Source: the human T2T-CHM13v2.0 reference genome, Homo sapiens
Assembly (NCBI RefSeq): GCF_009914755.1
Contig: NC_060925.1
Reading direction: 5' to 3' (one strand)
Length of the DNA: 64,000 bases
Shown: positions 55,929 through 64,000 of the stretch, in pieces
How the letters are laid out: every line of letters starts with the position of its first letter
How positions within the stretch are numbered: position 1 is the stretch's first letter
Program-made: the position numbers and the translations under genes
The notes under the pieces: model-generated
What the model was told of the DNA's origin: nothing
What the model saw: only the letters and a program-made list of their open reading frames with translations
Database searches by the model: none

Positions 55929-58387
55929 TTCAAAAAGCATTTATTGAGCTCCCACATCTGCAGGTTGGCTGGGGAGCTCTGCTCTGGGCTGGACTCCTCT
56001 TGGGCAGCTGGACCAGGGCAGCTGTGCTCCATATGTTTCTCATTCTGCTTCTAGCTGGCTAGCTCGGGCACATTCTCCAGCAACTACAGCAGAGGGCCAG
56101 TGGAACCATGCAAGGCGTCTCCAGTCCCAAACTCAGAATTAGGCTCACTGCCTCACTTTGTTTTATTGGCCAAAGCCAGTCACATGGCCAGGTTCACAGT
56201 CAGAGGGTGAGAAATGCTCTCTGTCTACTAGTGAGAGGCAATGCAAAATCACATGGCCAAGGGCACAGATACCCGGAGAGCTGAAAAAGAGAGACAAGGG
56301 CCAGTCCAGGCCTGTTATGGGATGGGAAGACCCTGTACAGATGAGTTATGAGGGTCCTTCAGGCTCCCAGGACTTTTAGAGCATCATTCACTCATTCACT
56401 CATTTGTTCAGTGAGCAGTATTCATGGTGCACTTGCTGTGTGCTGGTCCTGTTTTAGTGCTATGTAGACAACTTGAGTAAAACGAGACAAGGTCTCAACC
56501 CTCGGGATAAAGAAGAGGTTCCACTTCTTTTTTCTGGCTCTTCCACCCACTTTCTCTGTGACCTTGGGAAAATCACCTCCCCTCTCAGGGCATGGCAGCC
56601 ACTGCTAATAATACCTTACATTTGTAGAACACTTTTAACTTTATCAAAACGTCTTCACATGCGTTCTCTGTGAAGCATCGGAGACCGGTTTTATTACATC
56701 TCTGATTTGACAAGTGAAACTCTAATGGATATAAAATGCACTGAGCTCCTTGGAAGTGCTCTCTTGAGAGGGCTCGGTGGGGCAAAACCCCTTATAACAA
56801 ACCCTAGGATTCTCTCTCTACAACAAAGCGGGTCCCTGGGTATCTGCTGACGGTTGTCATTTCAAACAATGTTTGGGGCCACACAATCCCTGTGTGACCC
56901 AAGGACTGGGATGGCTTCCTTTATCTTTCCTTTTATTTTAAAAAGCCACCACTCTGAACATTTCAAAGATTCCTGCAGAACTTTGCCAATTTAATTTAAA
57001 AGAAAAAAATAAAAAGATTGCCTCCTCCTAACTGGCTTCACAAATGAAAATGGGATGTAAGCCAGGCCTCAGAGAACAGCCTAATCACTCCAGCTCCTCA
57101 TTTAATAACCTCAGGAAACCAGGCTGCGCATTTTACGAGGAGAAAAGAGAGACAGAAGCAGCCCTTCCTCCCTGTCCCATCAAGTCAATCTCAGCCCTCG
57201 GATCTGGGGTTAAACACAAAGACAGCCTCCTTTGCCGAGGATACATGTGCTGCATCTTATAATCCTGCCTCTCCTTATGCCAGTCCTGTAAGGCATGAGC
57301 ACCATTTCACAGGTAAGTAAAGTGAGGTTCAGCAAGACAGCAAGTCACACTAATAAGAGCTAATAAGAAGTTGAGCTGGGTTTGAGCTGAAATCCCTTTG
57401 AACCCAAATGCCACGTTCTTTGCTCCTTCCCCACACCACCTCTTTGCTATGTGGGGTGGTTTCATATTGCAGGGGACCTGATACCAGGTTTAGTGAATGC
57501 AAAAGGAAAGAAGGAAATGGAGAGGGAAGAAAGGAAGTGGGGGAAGGGAGGAAGGAACGAAGGTAGGACAATATTTATGGTGTGGCTACCATGAGCCCAG
57601 CACTATTAAAAGCTGACCTCCATGTGTGATGTGCCATAATTGAAGAAAAAGGCACCCTGGAGACACAGAGGAGGAGCCCCCAGTGTGGCCTGGGGGGAAG
57701 GCTTACCAGTGAAGATGCTATTGATGGATGAATCAGGAAGGAGCCAGGAGCAAAGGTAGGGCTGGAAGGTCAGAACGAGCCCTTGTTGGGCTCCTTGATC
57801 AAGGCCTACTGACTTCACCTCCTCAGTATCTCTTGGATCCACCTATGTCTGTCCATCTCCACACCCACCCAAGTCTGCGCTTTGTCTGGACTGTGAGATG
57901 CCCTCCTCCCCTGCCTTCTGCCTCTGCTCCTCCAGACCTTTCTCTACAAAGCAGCCAGAGTGGTCTTTCCTAAAGCAAATCAAACAAAGCCTCCTTCTCT
58001 AACTCAACCTTTCCTTGGCTCTCCATTTGCTCTGGGGAGCCGTACTGGGGGTCTCTAAGGTCCTACATGTCCCAGGTCTCACTTTGTACTGCACTCTCCT
58101 TCCCCTCTAGACTCCAGTCACATGGGCCTGGGCACAGGGGCCTGGTGCTGATCTTTCTGCCCAGGGATCTCTGGCTGCCCCTGTTCACCTGGTTAATTTC
58201 TACAAATCCTTTAGCTTCAAGTCAACTTTACACTTCATCCATTCTTACATCCAATGATTATTTATGGCACACCTAGGCACTGTTCTAGATGGTGGCAGTC
58301 CAGGTGTCTGTCTTCATGAAGCTTAGTTGTTAGAAGCAGAACCTTCCAGGGTGAAGCCTTCTCTGATTATTCTCAGAGCCAGGTGAC

Positions 58388-59345
58388 TGTAGCAGGCGCT
58401 ATTGGTGCTCCGTCCCAACAACTCAGCCCACCCGGAAGTTGCCTAAGGCTCTGATAAACAGTTCTCATACCCCGAGATGATGTCCTGCCTCAAAATAGGA
58501 TATCTCTCTGACTGAAGGCTTTCTCTGGACATACAAATCCAAGTGCAGGGCCAGCCAGGAACACCTGGGAGTTAACACCCCCAGAACAACCCACAACAAT
58601 AAAGGATAGGAATTGGTGAGTGTATCAGTTATCTATTGCTGCATAATAAACACTAAACTTGACGGCTTATCATAGCAATCATATATCTGCTCATGACTCT
58701 GCAATTGGACTGTGCTCAGCTGGAAGGTTCTCCTGCTCATCTAGCCTGGAGCCACTCATGCAGGTGTAATCTGGTGCCTTGCCTGGACTGGATGGTCCCA
58801 TATGACTTCATTCCCGTTTCTATTGTGTAGGGGCAGCTGTGAGCTGGGGTGCCTCAGTCCCCTCTGTATGGCCTCTGGCAGAACAGCCCAGGCTTCTTAT
58901 GTGGTAGCAGCAGCAGTCCCAGAGGGCCAGCCCTAATTCTAAGTGTTCATCAAGCCTCTGCTGGCATCATGTTTGCTGATGTTCCAATGGCTAAAGTAAG
59001 TTACATGGCCCCACCTAGAGTCAATGTGGGAGAAGCCTCCACAAGGGTATGGACCACAGGGAGGCCATTAATGAGCCATCAATCCAGTGCATAAGTCTGC
59101 CAGCTTCCTCAGCCCTCAGGGGGACAACTCTAAGGTGTGTTCCACTCAGGGTCTCAGAGAGACCACAAAGGGCTTGAGCCCAGTTGCCCACAGCTGTGAT
59201 CCACTCACTAGCACATTTTAAAAACTTTTCTCTCTTCCCTGGTTCACTCCCCCTACTCCCTCACTGTGCTTCCTGGAATCCCCTCCCAGATAAACTACCT
59301 GCACCCAAGTCCTTTTTCAAGATCCACTTTGGGGAAACCTAAACA
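58388..59345. mobile_element. LTR16-like ERVL LTR interrupted by an MLT1-like LTR (~58620-59090)
   Basis: LTR16-like ends (tgtagcaggcgctattggtgctc...; ...ctcccagataaactacctgcacccaagtcc...ttggggaaacctaaac) flank tgtatcagttatctattgctgcataataaacac...ttccaatggctaaagtaagttacatggcc. Confidence 0.65.
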
Positions 59346-60289
59346 GGGGCCATAGCATAGCCAGGAGTTGAAATCCCAAGCACGTGTTCAATTCTGCCAT
59401 ACTGGCCCCATGTAGGAATACAGGAGAGAGGACAGGATAAGATGGGAAACATGGGGGCTGGGGCTCTGGGGAGCCACTGAAGGCTACATGCAGAGAGGAG
59501 CATAATCAGCAGGTATCTGTGGCCCCTCTGAGACTGGCCAGGCCTCCAGGGATGGATTCGGCTGAGTCAGAATTGGAGACCTGCCAGATCCAATAGTGAC
59601 AGAAGGCTAAGACCCTGTAGGAGCACCTCTAAGTTAGGGAAGATGCCCTCCCCCCACACACCCCATCAGCCCTCCTGGGTCAGTCTGGTCCCCAGAGCTG
59701 TTCTCACAATTTGCAGCGTAAAACCAACTCCCCCCAACCCCACCACTTTTCTGAGTTCTGTTATTACGATTATGCAAATCTCCCGTCCCAGCCTAAGCAA
59801 AGCAGGTGGGACATGGGGGCAGCTCAACAGGATAAGATGGGCAAACGGCAGTTTACAGCCACCCACTCTGGTAAACACAAGTTTAATTGCTTTTTCGTAG
59901 GGGAGAGAGGGGAGGCACACTCAGAAATAAAACAAATTCCCAATCAGCTGTGTCAGGGCTGCTGAGCTGAGCTGATGGAGAGGAGCACTGGGCTGTGAGC
60001 AGCAGACTCTGACCTGGGAAAAGGAGAAGGCAGGTGAGGGGAGGAGATGCTGGGGACATGGAGGTATTGTCCTGGGGAAAGCACTGGCCCTTCAGGTCAA
60101 GGGCAGGACATTCTGTACCACCAGGGTTATTGTTGGGGTGAGGGGGCAGTTGGGTGCCAAGACTCTCACCTGGATCTTTAATAACAACAGTGATGATAAT
60201 ACTATCCAGCATTTACTGAGAGCTTACTGAGTGCCAGGCACTGAGCTAAGCACTCTACACAAATTAATTGTTTAATTGTCACAACAACC

Positions 60290-60446
60290 GGCTGGGTGCA
60301 GTGGCTCACACCTGTAATCCCAGCACTTTGGGAAGCCGAGGCGGGCGGATCACCTGAGGTTGGGAGTTCAAGGCCAGCCCGACCAACACGGAGAAACCCC
60401 ACCTTCAGCCTGGGCAACAGGAGCGAAACTCCGTCTCAAAGGAAAA
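60290..60446 (+). mobile_element. Internally deleted AluSp-like element
   Basis: Left arm to ...ggagaaacccc joined to ...cagcctgggcaacaggagcgaaactccgtctc; 13-bp TSD tgtcacaacaacc (60277 / 60447). Confidence 0.9.
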
Positions 60447-62375
60447 TGTCACAACAACCTATGATACTATTATCACTCCATTTTACAGATGGGAACTGGC
60501 TGAAGACACAAGTGAAAGTGTTCTTTTGTCTACCCAGAACCTGAGGAACTATCTATTCAACAAACCCCCATTTGCTGAGCCCTTGCTCTGTGTCAGTTGC
60601 TTCATGCAATCAACAAGGAATAAGGCTGGGATCCAAACCCAGGTCTTTCTGATGCCAGTGACTATGCCTTTAACTAGTAAGCTAGACAATGTCCCTGAAT
60701 ACTACTACACATGTCCAAGTAACAACTCCTGTTTATCGAGCACTTATTCTGTGCAACCCCCAGGTCTACAGGCCAGACTAGAGATGAGATAAGGTCCCTG
60801 CCCTTGAGAAATTCATTATTTAATGATGAAGGAGGCACATACATGAGATATTGTAGCGGTAAGGCTTTGAATAGGTGAACACGGTAGGGTGGGAACATAG
60901 GCAGTATGTAACTCTGCCCACAGAGGTTGAAACAGGCTTTGCAGAGGAGGCCAGGTTTGAGATGAGATGTAAAGGATGAGTAGGACTTCACTAAGCAAGA
61001 GGGGAAGGAGATGGTAGAGGAACACAGAGAAGGTCCACAGCTGAGGCAGCAGCTAGCACCTTCTGGGGCAGCCATACAGCCTGCGGTGGCTGGAGTTTGG
61101 GGGCACGTCATGAAGGACGTAGCCACTATGGTGAGAAGGTGGGCAGGAACCGCATCACAAGGGGCCATCACCGCCAACCTGAGGCCTGCCCCTAACCCAC
61201 AGCACCAGCCTTCCTCAAATCAGCATCTGGTTTGACAAGATGCTTCTGGAACAAGGAGGTTCTGTGGCCGGGGGAGTTTGGGAAGCACCACACAGCTGTG
61301 TCTTTTCTGGAAGCTGCATCAGGTTTCTGAGAAACCGTGTAGTAAAGAAACCTGCTTAGCTCTGCTGAGCCCAGCCTTTCCCAGACCCCTCTGACCTCAG
61401 AAACCTCCTCTGCCCGCAGAAACCCCCGGGGCCCGCATTCCAGGGACAAACCCTTCAGGAAGTGTGTATGTGAGACCTAAAGCAATGGCGGTGACTGGGG
61501 AGGGCCCACGGCTCCTTCCTGCATCTTCAGGCACTGAGACTCCACCCAGAGGATGGCAAGAACAAGCCCAACAACAGCTGACATGTACTGAGTCCTTACC
61601 ACGAGCCAGGCCCTGTGCTAAGTCCTCTATATGTCACTGACTCTCATCTCACTGACTGCTCATGCTGTTAAAATTTCCATTTTACAGATCAGGAAACCGC
61701 GGCACGGGGCAACAGGAACTTGCCTACATTCTCTGCATTCGTAGGTGGAAGAGCCAGGATTCGAACCCTAGTCTGCCAAACGCCGAGGTCCATGCACCTC
61801 TTGCTGCACTGTCCTCCCATGTGTGGCTTCCTACTGTTCTGTCTGCGGGCGGAGCCCCAGCCCCACCCCGGAGGAGGTGGGAGATGACCGTCGCTTTCGT
61901 ATTTTGGAAAGCTTCAGTTGTCAGCCCCTCCGGGCAGGTTCTGTCATTCCTGGGGACTGCATCATTTCTGACATAACAGAATCTAGTCAATTCAACTCAG
62001 CAAACATTTCCAAATCCCCTCTGTATGCCAGGTGCTGCCTGGGGAGGCTGGTCAGTCCCCGGTTACCCCGAATCCCACTGCCTCTGGGAGCTCTGATCCC
62101 AGAATCCTCCAGTGAAAGGGACTTGGAGGAGCACACAGTTCCCAAAACTCAGATTTAGAGAAAAAACTGAGGCCACGCCCCCAAATTTAGAGCAGAAAGA
62201 AGTGGAGCTGCTCTGTTTGAAGTGAGGGTGGGCATTCTGGATCCTACCAGCCTAGCCTTCCCTCCCCTCCTGCAGGCTCCGGAAAACATCACCTGATCAG
62301 ACCTGGCCATGTCACAGGTGAGAGTGGCAGAGACAGGTACAAATAAAACCATGAAGTCACAGGAAAAGGAACTGA

Positions 62376-62678
62376 TTTTTTTTTTCTTTTTTTTTTTGGA
62401 GACGGGATCTCGCTTTGTCACCCAGGCCGGAGTGTAGAGGCGTGATCACGGCTCACTGCAGCCTCAACATCCCGGGCTCAAGTATCCTCCCACCTCAACC
62501 TACTGAGTAGCTGGGACCACAGGTGCATGCTATCATGCCCGGCTAATTTTTTAATTTTTTTGTAGAAACAGTCTTACTATGTTGTCCAGGCTGGTCTTAA
62601 ACTCCTAGACTCAAGCAATCCTCCCACCCCAGTCTCCCAAAGTGTTAGAATCATAGCTGTGAAACACCGCACCTGGTC
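62376..62678 (-). mobile_element. AluJ
   Basis: Poly-T, gagacgggatctcgc...gatcacggctcactgcagcctcaac...gactcaagcaatcctccc. Confidence 0.93.
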
Positions 62679-64000
62679 AAGAAATAAATTTTGATGGGAA
62701 AGGCTTCTTCAAAAAAAGCGGGCTTGTTCTGGGCCAGAAAATCAGAGTGGGGGCACATTCCGGGCTCAGGCAAAGGTCTGAGGACAAAGCATTCTGGGAG
62801 TGTTTACGGAGGACCAGCTCTGAGGGATGTGGGGATGGGGGCAGAGAGAGGGGTTGACGAAAGCTCGGCTTCAGTCACACCTCAGCCCACCTCCAGCATC
62901 ACGCCCTAGCCACTCCAGGGCAGGCGAGGGCAGGACAGGGCAGGAGGGCTGGTGACCAGATGTTCACAAGCCCCAGCGTCCCAGACCTTGCTGCTTCCTC
63001 CGGGAAGCATTTGAAAAGCTGTTAAGAAATTGGAGACTTTCTCCTGCTCCAGGCTGACCTGGTTGTCCCGGGTAGGCCCAATCTAAAATTTCAGGGAACA
63101 AAGGAAAGGCCTGAAATGCCACCTTGGGAAGGTCAGGTGCCCCGTCCCAAGGCCTGGGATTCAGCCAGGTGAGAGAGGAATGCACCTTACTCCTGATGCA
63201 CACAGCAAACAGACCAGGAATGTCCAGGGCTGACACAGCCCCGGGAAGTCTCCAGAGAACACTCAGGGACTGGACTGAGGCTGAGCACCCTTAGGCCACA
63301 CCCCCTACTTCCCCTCCCACCTGCAGACCCAGCTTTCAGAGGAGCCCCAGGAGCAATGACCTGAAAAGGTAGAAATGATCAGAAGATGAAAATCCCTCTT
63401 TGCTCCTCATAATTGGAAGAAAGGGAGACAAAACGTTGGAGGCAGAGGGCATGTTTCACATCCAGACATTCCAAGAGCACCTTCTCACTTTGCTCTTGTA
63501 TGAGGCAGCAGAGGGCACTGGAAACAGCCCTGGACCTGGGGTAAACCTGCTGGGGTTTGAGCACTGCTCCCCAGCAGGTGACCTCAAGAAAGCCTCTTTC
63601 CCTTCAGATCCTGTTTCTTCCTCCAGAAGAGGGGACAATGGCATAGATTTCATGAGGTTCTTGTAAGGATCGCACTAGATAATGGATGTGACAGGGTCGT
63701 ATTAATGGTGCAGGGCTTTATACAGAGTCAAGCTCCCTGGAAACATCAGGTATTATTTGGAGGAGCACATAGAAAGTAGCCCCCCACATGGGGCCACCTG
63801 AATTCATGTATGAACAGCAGGACAATTCAACGCACCTGCAGCCACTTAAGACATGCCCCGTGGCAAGGCAGGTACTTAGAGGATGCTGACCTGGCCAAAT
63901 GCGTGTCATTACCTCTTATGGAGCCCTAAAGCTCTCTTTCTTAAAATGCCTAAGGTTTGAATCAGAACAAATGCAGACAGCATTTTAAACAAGCTCCCCA

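Overview
Human (primate) genomic DNA: Alu, L1, L2, MIR, MaLR and hAT-Charlie repeats in a GC-rich background. The only protein-coding content I can support is the 3' half of IGSF21 on the + strand. Six GT-AG coding exons (16176-16291, 19284-19758, 30371-30456, 30861-31053, 31454-31492, 32317-32387) splice in frame to give the Ig2 and Ig3 domains, a stalk and a GPI-type hydrophobic tail. A short 3'UTR with ATTAAA at 32517 follows. Bases 1-16175 are intronic and the ~31 kb after 32545 is repeat-rich intergenic DNA. Almost all other ORFs in the track are artefacts of repeats or simple sequence. I see no evidence of a new multi-gene system. The most unusual signals are structural: (i) a 5'-truncated L1PA with a ~60-bp target-site duplication and almost no poly(A), nested in a FLAM that is nested in an MLT1; (ii) several short dispersed duplications, some in patchwork arrangements that resemble templated-insertion repair scars; (iii) an Alu-tail-derived (GGAA)15+(GGAA)8 microsatellite; (iv) a possible intronic polyadenylation route to a GPI-less IGSF21; (v) a cryptic degenerate ~39-bp tandem array beside exon 6. 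Repeat subfamily names and boundaries were assigned by eye and are approximate.
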